Positions 30,001 to 42,000 of a stretch of DNA of 64,000 bases are shown here, in pieces. Position 1 is the stretch's first letter, and every line of letters starts with the position of its first letter. The stretch comes from Eledone cirrhosa (Eukaryota): NCBI GenBank assembly GCA_964016885.1, contig OZ024740.1:46872001-46936000 (forward strand), written 5' to 3'. Under the pieces are notes generated by a model, which made no database searches, had not been told where the DNA came from, and saw only the letters and a program-made list of their open reading frames with translations. Both the position numbers and the translations under genes were made by a program.

Positions 30001-33000
30001 AAAGGTAGGTAGGATTCAGGGAAGGAATGGGGAATGAAGGAAAGTAGGAAGGAAGGTAGGTAGGATTCAGGGAAGGAATGGGGGAATGAAGGAAAGTAGG
30101 AAGGAAGGTAGGAAGGATTCAGGGAAGGAATGGGGGACTGAAGGAAAGTAGGAAGGAAGGTAGGTAGGATTCAGGGAAGGAATGGGGGAATGAAGGAAAG
30201 TAGGAAGAAAAGTAGGAAGGATTCAGGGAAGGAATGGGGGAATGAAGGAAAGTAGGTACGAAGGTAGGTAGGATTCAGGGAAGGAATGGGGAATGAAGGA
30301 AAGTAGGAAGGAAGGTAGGTAGGATTCAGGGAAGGAATGGGGGAATAAAGGAAAGTAGGAAGGAAGGTAGGTAGGATTCAGGGAAGGAATGGGGAATGAA
30401 GGAAAGTAGGAAGGAAGGTAGCAAGGATTCAGCGAAGGGATGTGGAATGAAGGAATGTAGGAAGGAAGGTAGGAAGGATTCAGGAAAGGAATGGGGGAAT
30501 GAAGGAAAGCAGGAAAGAAGGTAGGAAGGATTCAGGGAAGGAATGGGGAATGAAGGAAAGTAGGAAGAAAGGTAGGAAGGATTCAGGGAAGGAATGGGGG
30601 AATGAAGGAAAGTAGGAAAGAAGGTAGGTAGGATTCAGGGAAGGAATGGGGGAGTTAAGGAAGGTAGGAAGAAAGGTAGGTAGGATTCAGGGAAGGAATG
30701 GGGGAATGAAGGAAAGTAGGAAGAAAGGTAGCTAGGATTCAGGGAAGGAATGGGGGAATGAAGGAAATTAGGAAGGAAGGTAGGAAGCATTCAGTGAAGG
30801 AATGGGGGAATGAAGGAAAGCAGGAAGAAAGGTAGGAATGATTCAGGGAAGGAATGGGGGAATGAAGGAAGGTAGGAAGGATTCAGGGAAGGAATGGCGG
30901 AATGAAGGAAAGCAGTAAGGAAGGTAGGAAGGATTTAGGGAAGGAATGGGGGAATGAAGGAAAGTAGGAAGAAAGGTAGGAAGGATTCAGGGAAGGAATG
31001 GGGGAATGAAGGAAAGTATGTAGGAAGGTAGGTAGGATTTAGGGAAGGAATGGGGGAATGAAGGAAAGCAGGAAGAAAGGTAGGAAGGATTCAGTGAAGG
31101 AATGGGGTAATGAAGGAAAGCAGGAAGGAAGGTAGGAAGGATTTAGAGAAGGAATGGGGGAATGAAGGAAAGTAGGAAGAAAGGTAGGAAGTATTCAGGG
31201 AAGGAATGGGGGAATGAAGGAAAGCAGGAAGGAAGGTAGGAAGGATTTAGGGAAGGAATGGGGGAATGAAGGAAAGCAAGAAGGAAGGTAGGAAGGATTC
31301 AGGGAAGGAATGGGGGAATGAAGTAAAGTAGGAAGAAAGGTAGGAAGGATTCAGGGAAGGAATGGGGGAATGAAGGAAAGTAGGAATGAAGGTAGGTAGG
31401 ATTCAGGGAAGGAATGGGGGAATGAAGGAAGGTAGGAAGAAAGGTAGATATGATTCAGAGAAGGAATGGGGATTGAAGGAAAGTAGGAAGGAAGAAGGAA
31501 GGTAGGAAGGATTCAGGTAAGGAATGGGGAATGAAGGAAAGTAGGAAGGATTCAGGGAAGGAATGGGGGAATGAAGGAAAGTAGGTAGGAAGGTAGGTAG
31601 GATTCAGGGAAGGAATGGGGAATGAAGGAAAGTAGGAAGGAAGGTAGGAAGGATTCAGCGAAGGAATGTGGAATGAAGGAATGTAGGAAGGAAGGTAGGA
31701 AGGATTCAGGAAAGGAATGGGGGAATGAAGGAAAGTAGGAAGAAAGGTAGCTAGGATTCAGGGAAGGAATGGGGGAATGAAGGAAATTAGGAATGAAGGT
31801 AGGAAGGATTCAGTGAAGGAATGGGGGAATGAAGGAAAGCAGGAAAAAAGGTAGGAGGGATTCAGGGAAGGAATGGGGGAATGAAGGAAAGTAGGAAGAA
31901 AGGTAGGAAGGATTCAGGGAAGGAATGGGGGAATGAAGTAATGCAGGAAGGAAGGTAGGAAGGATTCAGGGAAGGAATGGGGGAATGAAGGAAAGTAGGA
32001 AGAAAGGTAGGAAGGATTCAGGGAGGGAATGGGGGAATGAAGGAAAGTAGGAAGGAAGGTAGGAAGGATTTAGGGAAGGAATGGGGGAATGTTGGAAAGC
32101 ATGAAGGAAGCTTTGAAGGATTTAGTGAACGAATGGGGGAATGAAGGAAAGTAGGAAGAAAGAAGGAAGGTAGGAAGGATTCAGGTAAGGAATGGGGGAA
32201 TGAAGGAAAGTAGGAAGGATTCAAGGAAGGATTCAGGGAAGGAATGGGGGAATGAAGGAAAGTAGGAAGGAAGGTAGGAAGGATTCAGGGAAGGAATGGG
32301 GGAATGGAGGAAAGTAGGAAGGATTCAGGGAAGGATTCAGGGAAGGAATGCGGGAATGAAGGAAAGTAGGAAGGAAGGTAGGAAGGATTCAGGGAAGGAA
32401 TGGGGGAATGAAGAATAGTAGGAAGGAAGGTAGGAAGGATTCAGGGAAGGAATGGGGGAATGAAGGAAAGTAGGAAGGAAGGTAGGTAGTATTCAGGGAA
32501 GGAATGGGGGAATGAAGGAAAGTAGGAAGGAAGGTAGGAAGGATTCAGGGATGGAATGGGGGAATGAAGGAAAGTAGGAAGAAAGGTAGGAAGGATTTAG
32601 GGAAGAAATGGGGGAATGAAGGAAAGTAGGAAGGAAGGTAGGAAGGATTCAGGGAAGGAATGTGGGAATGAAGGAAAGTAGGAAGAAAGGTAGGAAGGAT
32701 TTAGGGAAGGAATGGGGGAATGAAGGAAAGCAGGAAGGAAGGTAGGAAGGATTTAGGGAAGGAATGGGGAATGAAGGAAAGTAGGAAGGAAGGTAGAATG
32801 GATTCAGGGAAGGAATGGGGGAATGAAGGAAAGTAGGAAGGAAGGTAGGTAGGATTCAGGGAAGGAATGGTGGAATGAAGGAAAGTAGGAAGAAAGGTAG
32901 GTAGGATTCAGGGAAGGAATGGGGGAATGAAGGAAATTAGGAAGGAAGGTAGGAAGGATTCAGTGAAGGAATGGGGGAATGAAGGAAAGCAGGAAGAAAG

Positions 33001-36000
33001 GTAGGAAGGATTCAGGGAAGGAATGGGGGAATGAAGGATAGTAGGAAGAAAGGTAGGAAGGATTCAAGGAAGGAATGGGGGTATGAAGGAAAGTAGGAAG
33101 GAAGGTAGGGAGAATTCAGGGAAGGAATGGGGGAATGAAGGAAAGTAGGAAGAAAGGTAGGAAGGATTCAGAGAAGGAATGGGGGAATGAAGGAAAGTAG
33201 GAAGAAAGGTAGAAGGATTCAGGGAAGGAATGGGGGAATGAAGGAAAGTAGGAAGTAAGGTAGGTAGAATTCAGGGAAGGAATGGGGGAATGAAGGAAAG
33301 TAGGAAGGAAAGTAGGAAGGAAAGTAGGAAGGAAGGATTCAGGGAAGGAATGGGGAATGAAGGAAAGTAGGAAGAAAGGTAGAAGGATTCAGGGAAGGAA
33401 TGGGGGAATGAAGGAAAGTAGGAAGTAAGGTAGGTAGAATTCAGGGAAGGAATGGGGGAATGAAGGAAAGCAGGAAGGAAGGTAGGAAGGATTTAGGGAA
33501 GGAATGGGGAATGAAGGAAAGTAGGAAGGAAGGTAGGAAGGATTCAGGGAAGGAATGGGGGAATGAAGGAAAGTAGGAAGGAAGGTAGGTAGTATTCAGG
33601 GAAGGAATGGGGGAATGAAGGAAAGTAGGAAGGAAGGTAGGAAGGATTCAGGGACGGAATGGGGGAATGAAGGAAAGTAGGAAGAAAGGTAGGAAGGATT
33701 TAGGGAAGGAATGGGGGAATGAAGGAAAGTAGGAAGGAAGGTAGGAAGGATTTAGGGAAGGAATGGGGGAATGAAGGAAAGCAGGAAGGAAGGTAGAATG
33801 GATTCAGGGAAGGAATGGGGGAATGAAGGAAAGTAGGAAGGAAGGTATGTAGGATTCAGGGAAGGAATGGTGGAATGAAGGAAAGTAGGAAGAAAGGTAG
33901 GTAGGATTCAGGGAAGGAATGGGGGAATGAAGGAAATTAGGAAGGAAGGTAGGAAGGATCCAGTGAAGGAATGGGGGAATGAAGGAAAGCAGGAAAGAAG
34001 GTAGGAAGGATTCAGGGAAGGAATGGGGAATGAAGGAAAGTAGGAAGAAAGGTAGGAAGGATTCAGGGAAGGAATGGGGGAATGAAGGAAAGTAGGAAAG
34101 AAGGTAGGTAGGATTCAGGGAAGGAATGGGGGAGTTAAGGAAAGTAGGAAGAAAGGTAGGAAGGATTCAGGGAAGGAATGGGGGAATGAAGGAAAGCAGG
34201 AAAGAAGGTAGGAAGGATTCAGGGAAGGAATGGGGAATGAAGGAAAGTAGGAAGAAAGGTAGGTAGGAGTCAGGGAAGGAATGGGGGAATGAAGGAAAGT
34301 AGGAAGAAAGGTAGCTAGGATTCAGGGAAGGAATGGGGGAATGAAGGAAATTAGGAAGGAAGGTAGGAAGGATTCAGTGAAGGAATGGGGGAATGAAGGA
34401 AAGCAGGAAGAAAGGTAGGAATGATTCAGGGAAGGAATGGGGGAATGAAGGAAGGTAGGAAGGATTCAGGGAAGGAATGGCGGAATGAAGGAAAGCAGTA
34501 AGGAAGGTAGGAAGGATTTAGGGAAGGAATGGGGGAATGAAGGAAAGTAGGAAGAAAGGTAGGAAGGATTCAGGGAAGGAATGGGGGAATGAAGGAAAGT
34601 AGGTAGGAAGGTAGGTAGGATTTAGGGAAGGAATGGGGGAATGAAGGAAAGCAGGAAGAAAGGTAGGAAGGATTCAGTGAAGGAATGGGGTAATGAAGGA
34701 AAGCAGGAAGGAAGGTAGGAAGGATTTAGAGAAGGAATGGGGGAATGAAGGAAAGTAGGAAGAAAGGTAGGAAGTATTCAGGGAAGGAATGGGGGAATGA
34801 AGGAAAGCAGGAAGGAAGGTAGGAAGGATTTAGGGAAGGAATGGGGGAATGAAGGAAAGCAAGAAGGAAGGTAGGAAGGATTCAGGGAAGGAATGGGGGA
34901 ATGAAGTAAAGTAGGAAGAAAGGTAGGAAGGATTCAGGGAAGGAATGGGGGAATGAAGGAAAGTAGGAATGAAGGTAGGTAGGATTCAGGGAAGGAATGG
35001 GGGAATGAAGGAAGGTAGGAAGAAAGGTAGATATGATTCAGAGAAGGAATGGGGTAATGAAGCAAAGTAGGAAGGAAGGTAGGAAGGATTCAGTGAAGGA
35101 ATGGGGGAATGAAGGAAAGCAGGAAGAAAGGTAGGAAGGATTCAGGGAAGGAATGGGGGAATGAAGGAAAGTAGGAAGAAAGGTAGGAAGGATTCAGAGA
35201 AGGAATGGGGGAATGAAGGAAAGTAGGAAGGAAGGCAGGAAGGATTCAGGGAAGGAATGGGGGAATGTAGGAAAGTAGGAAGGAAGCTAGGAAGGATTCA
35301 GGGAAGGAATGGGGGAATGAAGGAAAGTAGGAAGGAAAGTAGGAAGGAAGGATTCAGGGAAGGAATGGGGGAATGAAGGAAAGTAGGAAGGAAGGCAGGA
35401 AGGATTCAGGGAAGGAATGAGGGAATGAAGGAAAGTAGGAAGGAAGGTAGGTAGGATTCAGTGAAGGAATTGGGGAATGAAGGAAAGTAGGAACGAAGGT
35501 AGGAAGGATTCAGGGAAGGAATGGGGGACTGAAGGGAAGTAGGAAGGAAGGTAGGTAGGATTAAGAGAAGGAATGGGGATTGAAGGAAAGTAGGAAGGAA
35601 GAAGGAAGGTAGGAAGGATTCAGGTAAGGAATTGGGGAATGAAGGAAAGTAGGAAGGATTCAGGGAAGGAATGGGGAATGAACGAAAGTAGGAAGGAAGA
35701 TAGGTAGGATTCTGGGAAGGAATGGGGGAATGAAGGAAAGTAGGAAGAAAGGTAGGAAGGATTCAGGAAAGGAATGGGGGAATGAAGGAAAGTAGGAAGG
35801 AAGGTAGGAAATATTCAGGGAAGGAATGGGGGAATGAAGGAAAGTAGGAAGAAAGATAGGAAGGATTCAGGGAAGGAATGGGGGAATGAAGGAAAGTAGG
35901 AAGGAAGGTAGGTAGGATTGAGGGAAAAAATGGGGGAAGAAGGAAAGTAAGGAGAAAGGTAGGTAGGATTCAGGGAAGGAATGGGGGAATGAAGGAAAGT

Positions 36001-39000
36001 AGGAAGGAAGGTAGGTAGGATTCAAGGGAGGAATGGGGGAATGAAGGAAAGTAGGAAGGAAGGTACGAAGGATTCAGGGAAGGAATGGGGGAATGAAGGA
36101 AAGCAGGAGAGGAGGTAGGAAGGATTTAGGGAAGGAATGGGGGAATGAAGGAAAGCAGGAAGAAAGGTAGGAAGGATTCAGTGAAGGAATGGGGTAATGA
36201 AGGAAAGCAGGAAGGAAGGTAGGAAGGATTTAGAGAAGGAATGGGGGAATGAAGGAAAGTAGGAAGAAAGGTAGGAAGTATTCAGGGAAGGAATGGGGGA
36301 ATGAAGGAAAGCAGTAAGGAAGGTAGGAAGGATTTAGGGAAGGAATGGGGGAATGAAGGAAAGCAAGAAGGAAGGTAGGAAGGATTCAGGGAAGGAATGG
36401 GGGAATGGAGTAAAGTAGGAAGAAAGGTAGGAAGGATTCAGGGAAGGAATGGGGGAATGAAGGAAAGTAGGAATGAAGGTAGGTAGGATTCAGGGAAGGA
36501 ATGGGGGAATGAAGGAAAGTAGGAAGGAAAGTAGGAAGGAAGGATTCAGGGAAGGAATGGGGGAATGAAGGAAAGTAGGAAGGAAGGCAGGAAGGATTCA
36601 GGGAAGGAATGGGGGAATGAAGGAAAGTAGGAAGGAAGGTAGGTAGGATTCAGGGAAGGAATTGTGGAATGAAGGAAAGTAGGAACGAAGGTAGGAAGGA
36701 TTCAGGGAAGGAATGGGGGACTGAAGGGAAGTAGGAAGGAAGGTAGGTAGGATTAAGAGAAGGAATGGGGATTGAAGGAAAGTAGGAAGGAAGAAGGAAG
36801 GTAGGAAGGATTCAGGTAAGGAATGGGGAATGAAGGAAAGTAGGAAGGATTCAGGGAAGGAATGGGGGAATGAAGGAAAGTAGGTAGGAAGGTCGGTAGG
36901 ATTCAGGGAAGGAATGGGGAATGAAGGAAAGTAGGAAGGAAGGTAGGAAGGATTCAGCGAAGGAATGTGGAATGAAGGAATGTAGGAAGGAAGGTAGGAA
37001 GGATTCAGGAAAGGAATGGGGGAATGAAGGAAAGTAGGAAGAAAGGTAGCTAGGATTCAGGGAAGGAATGGGGGAATGAAGGAAATTAGGAAGGAAGGTA
37101 GGAAGGATTCAGTGAAGGAATGGGGGAATGAAGGAAAGCAGGAAAAAAGGTAGGAAGGATTCAGGGAAGGAATGGGGGAATGAAGGAAAGTAGGAAGAAA
37201 GGTAGGAAGGATTCAGGGAAGGAATGGGGGAATGAAGTAATGCAGGAAGGAAGGTAGGAAGGATTCAGGGAAGGAATGGGGGAATGAAGGAAAGTAGGAA
37301 GAAAGGTAGGAAGGATTCAGGGAGGGAATGGGGGAATGAAGGAAAGTAGGAAGGAAGGTAGGAAGGATTTAGGGAAGGAATGGGGGAATGTTGGAAAGCA
37401 TGAAGGAAGCTTTGAAGGATTTAGTGAACGAATGGGGGAATGAAGGAAAGTAGGAAGAAAGAAGGAAGGTAGGAAGGATTCAGGTAAGGAATGGGGGAAT
37501 GAAGGAAAGTAGGAAGGATTCAAGGAAGGATTCAGGGAAGGAATGGGGGAATGAAGGAAAGTAGGAAGGAAGGTAGGAAGGATTCAGGGAAGGAATGGGG
37601 GAATGGAGGAAAGTAGGAAGGATTCAGGGAAGGATTCAGGGAAGGAATGCGGGAATGAAGGAAAGTAGGAAGGAAGGTAGGAAGGATTCAGGGAAGGAAT
37701 GGGGGAATGAAGAATAGTAGGAAGGAAGGTAGGAAGGATTCAGGGAAGGAATGGGGGAATGAAGGAAAGTAGGAAGGAAGGTAGGTAGTATTCAGGGAAG
37801 GAATGGGGGAATGAAGGAAAGTAGGAAGGAAGGTAGGAAGGATTCAGGGATGGAATGGGGGAATGAAGGAAAGTAGGAAGAAAGGTAGGAAGGATTTAGG
37901 GAAGGAATGGGGGAATGAAGGAACGTAGGAAGGAAGGTAGGAAGGATTGAGGGAAGGAATGTGGGAATGAAGGAAAGTAGGAAGAAAGGTAGGAAGGATT
38001 TAGGGAAGGAATGGGGGAATGAAGGAAAGCAGGAAGGAAGGTAGGAAGGATTTAGGGAAGGAATGGGGAATGAAGGAAAGTAGGAAGGAAGGTAGAATGG
38101 ATTCAGGGAAGGAATGGGGGAATGAAGGAAAGTAGGAAGGAAGGTAGGTAGGATTCAGGGAAGGAATGGTGGAATGAAGGAAAGTAGGAAGAAAGGTAGG
38201 TAGGATTCAGGGAAGGAATGGGGGAATGAAGGAAATTAGGAAGGAAGGTAGGAAGGATTCAGTGAAGGAATGGGGGAATGAAGGAAAGCAGGAAGAAAGG
38301 TAGGAAGGATTCAGGGAAGGAATGGGGGAATGAAGGATAGTAGGAAGAAAGGTAGGAAGGATTCAAGGAAGGAATGGGGGTATGAAGGAAAGTAGGAAGG
38401 AAGGTAGGGAGAATTCAGGGAAGGAATGGGGGAATGAAGGAAAGTAGGAAGAAAGGTAGGAAGGATTCAGAGAAGGAATGGGGGAATGAAGGAAAGTAGG
38501 AAGGAAGGTAGGAAGGATTCAGGGAAGGAATGGGGAATGAAGGAAAGTAGGAAGAAAGGTAGAAGGATTCAGGGAAGGAATGGGGGAATGAAGGAAAGTA
38601 GGAAGTAAGGTAGGTAGAATTCAGGGAAGGAATGGGGGAATGAAGGAAAGCAGGAAGGAAGGTAGGAAGGATTTAGGGAAGGAATGGGGAATGAAGGAAA
38701 GTAGGAAGGAAGGTAGGAAGGATTCAGGGAAGGAATGGGGGAATGAAGGAAAGTAGGAAGGAAGGTAGGTAGTATTCAGGGAAGGAATGGGGGAATGAAG
38801 GAAAGTAGGAAGGAAGGTAGGAAGGATTCAGGGATGGAATGGGGGAATGAAGGAAAGTAGGAAGAAAGGTAGGAAGGATTTAGGGAAGGAATGGGGGAAT
38901 GAAGGAAAGTAGGAAGGAAGATAGGAAGGATTCAGGGAAGGAATGTGGGAATGAAGGAAAGTAGGAAGAAAGGTAGGAAGGATTTAGGGAAGGAATGGGG

Positions 39001-42000
39001 GAATGAAGGAAAGCAGGAAGGAAGGTAGAATGGATTCAGGGAAGGAATGGGGGAATGAAGGAAAGTAGGAAGGAAGGTAGGTAGGATTCAGGGAAGGAAT
39101 GGTGGAATGAAGGAAAGTAGGAAGAAAGGTAGGTAGGATTCAGGGAAGGAATGGGGGAATGAAGGAAATTAGGAAGGAAGGTAGGAAGGATTCAGTGAAG
39201 GAATGGGGGAATGAAGGAAAGCAGGAAGAAAGGTAGGAAGGATTCAGGGAAGGAATGGGGGAATGAAGGATAGTAGGAAGAAAGGTAGGAAGGATTCAAG
39301 GAAGGAATGGGGGTATGAAGGAAAGTAGGAAGGAAGGTAGGGAGGATTCAGGGAAGGAATGGGGGAATGAAGGAAAGTAGGAAGAAAGGTAGGAAGGATT
39401 CAGAGAAGGAATGGGGGAATGAAGGAAAGTAGGAAGGAAGGTAGGAAGGATTCAGGGAAGGAATGGGGAATGAAGGAAAGTAGGAAGAAAGGTAGAAGGA
39501 TTCAGGGAAGGAATGGGGGAATGAAGGAAAGTAGGAAGTAAGGTAGGTAGAATTCAGGGAAGGAATGGGGGAATGAAGGAAAGTAGGAAGGAAAGTAGGA
39601 AGGAAAGTAGGAAGGAAGGATTCAGGGAAGGAATGGGGAATGAAGGAAAGTAGGAAGAAAGGTAGAAGGATTCAGGGAAGGAATGGGGGAATGAAGGAAA
39701 GTAGGAAGTAAGGTAGGTAGAATTCAGGGAAGGAATGGGGGAATGAAGGAAAGCAGGAAGGAAGGTAGGAAGGATTTAGGGAAGGAATGGGGAATGAAGG
39801 AAAGTAGGAAGGAAGGTAGAATGGATTCAGGGAAGGAATGGGGGAACGAAGGAAAGTAGGAAGGAAGGTAGGTAGGATTCAGGGAATGAATTGGGGAATG
39901 AAGGAAAGTAGGAAGGAAGGTAGGTAGGATTCAGGGAAGAAATGGGGAATGAAGGAAAGTAGGAAGGAAGGTAGGGAGGATTCAGCGAAGGAATGTGGAA
40001 TGAAGGAATGTAGGAAGGAAGGTAGGAAGGATTCAGGAAAGGAATAGGGCGAATGAAGGAAAGTAGGAAGAAAGGTAGCTTGGATTCAGGGAAGGAATGG
40101 GGAATGAAGGAAAGTAGGAAGGAAGGTAGGTAGGATTCAGGGAAGGAATGGGGGAATAAAGGAAAGTAGGAAGGAAGGTAGGTAGGATTCAGGGAAGGAA
40201 TGGGGAATGAAGGAAAGTAGGAAGGAAGGTAGGAAGGATTCAGCGAAGGAATGTGGAATGAAGGAATGTAGGAAGGAAGGTAGGAAGGATTCAGGAAAGG
40301 AATGGGGGAATGAAGGAAAGTAGGAAAGAAGGTAGGAAGGATTCAGGGAAGGAATGGGGAATGAAGGAAAGTAGGAAGAAAGGTAGGAAGGATTCAGGGA
40401 AGGAATGGGGGATTGAAGGAAAGTAGGAAGGAAGGTAGGTAGGATTCAGGGAAGGAATGGGGGAATTAAGGAAGGTAGGAAGAAAGGTAGGTAGGATTCA
40501 GGGAAGGAATGGGGGAATGAAGGAAAGTAGGAAGAAAGGTAGGAAGGATTCAGGGAAGGAATGGGGGAATGAAGGAAATTAGGAAGGAAGGTAGGAAGGA
40601 TTCAGTGAAGGAATGGGGGAATGAAGGAAAGCAGGAAGAAAGGTAGGAATGATTCAGGGAAGGAATGGGGGAATGAAGGAAGGTAGGAATGATTCAGGGA
40701 AGGAATGGGTGAATGAAGGAAAGTCGTAAGGAATGTAGGAAGGATTCAGGGAAGGAATGGGTGAATGAAGGAAAGTAGGAAGAAAGGTAGGAAGGATTCA
40801 GGGAAGGAATGGGGGAATGAAGGAAAGTAGGTAGGAAGGTAGGTAGGATTCAGGGAAGGAATGGGGAATGAAGGAAAGTAGGAAGGAAGGTAGGTAGGAT
40901 TCAGGGAAGGAATGGGGGAATGCAGGAAAGTAGGAAGGAAGGTAGGTAGGATTCAGGGAAGGAATGGGGAATGAAGGAAAGTAGGAAGGAAGGTAGGTAG
41001 GATTCAGGGAAGGAATGGGGGAATGAAGGAAAGTAGGAAGAAAGGTAGGAAGATTCAGGGAAGGAATGTGGAATTAAGGAATGTAGGGAGAAAGGTAGGT
41101 AGGATTCAGGGAAGGAATGTGGGTATGAAGGAAAGTAGGAAGAAAGGTAGAAAGGATTCAGGGAAGGAATGTGGAATGAAGGAAAGTAGGAAGGAAGGTA
41201 GGAAGGATTCAAGAAAAGAATGGGGGAATGAAGGAAAGTAGGAAGGAAGGTAGGAAATATTCAGGGAAGGAATGGGGGAATGAAGGAAAGTAGGAAGAAA
41301 GGTAGGAAGGATTCAGGGAAGGAATGGGGGAATGAAGGAAAGTAGGTAGGAAGGTAGGTAGGATTCAGGGTAGGAATGGGGAATGAAGGAAAGTAGGAAG
41401 GAAGGTAGGTAGGATTCAGGGAAGGAATGGGGGAATGAAGGAAATTAGGAAGAAAGGTAGGAAGGATTCAGTGAAGGAATGGGGGAATGAAGGAAAGCAG
41501 GAAGAAAGGTAGGAAGGATTCAGGGGACGAATGGGGGAATGAAGGAAAGTAAGAAGAAGGTAGGAAGGATTCAGGGAAGGAATGGGGGAATGAAGGAAAG
41601 TAGGAAGAAAGGTAGGAAGGATTCAGAGAAGGAATGGGGGAATGAAGGAAAGTATGAAGGAAGGTAGGAAGGATTCAGCGAAGGAATGGGGGAATGAAGG
41701 AAAGTAGGAAGGAAGGTAGGAAGGATTCAGAGAAGGAATGGGGGAATGAAGGAAAGTAGGAAGGAAGGTAGGAAGGATTCAGCGAAGGAATGGGGGAATG
41801 AAGGAAAGTATGAAGGAAGGTAGGAAGGATTCAGCGAAGGAATGGGGGAATGAAGGAAAGTAGGAAGGAAGGTAGGAAGGATTCAGCGAAGGAATGGGGG
41901 AATGAAGGAAAGTATGAAGGAAGGTAGGAAGGATTCAGCGAAGGAATGGGGGAATGAAGGAAAGTAGGAAGGAAGGTAGGAAGGATTCAGCGAAGGAATG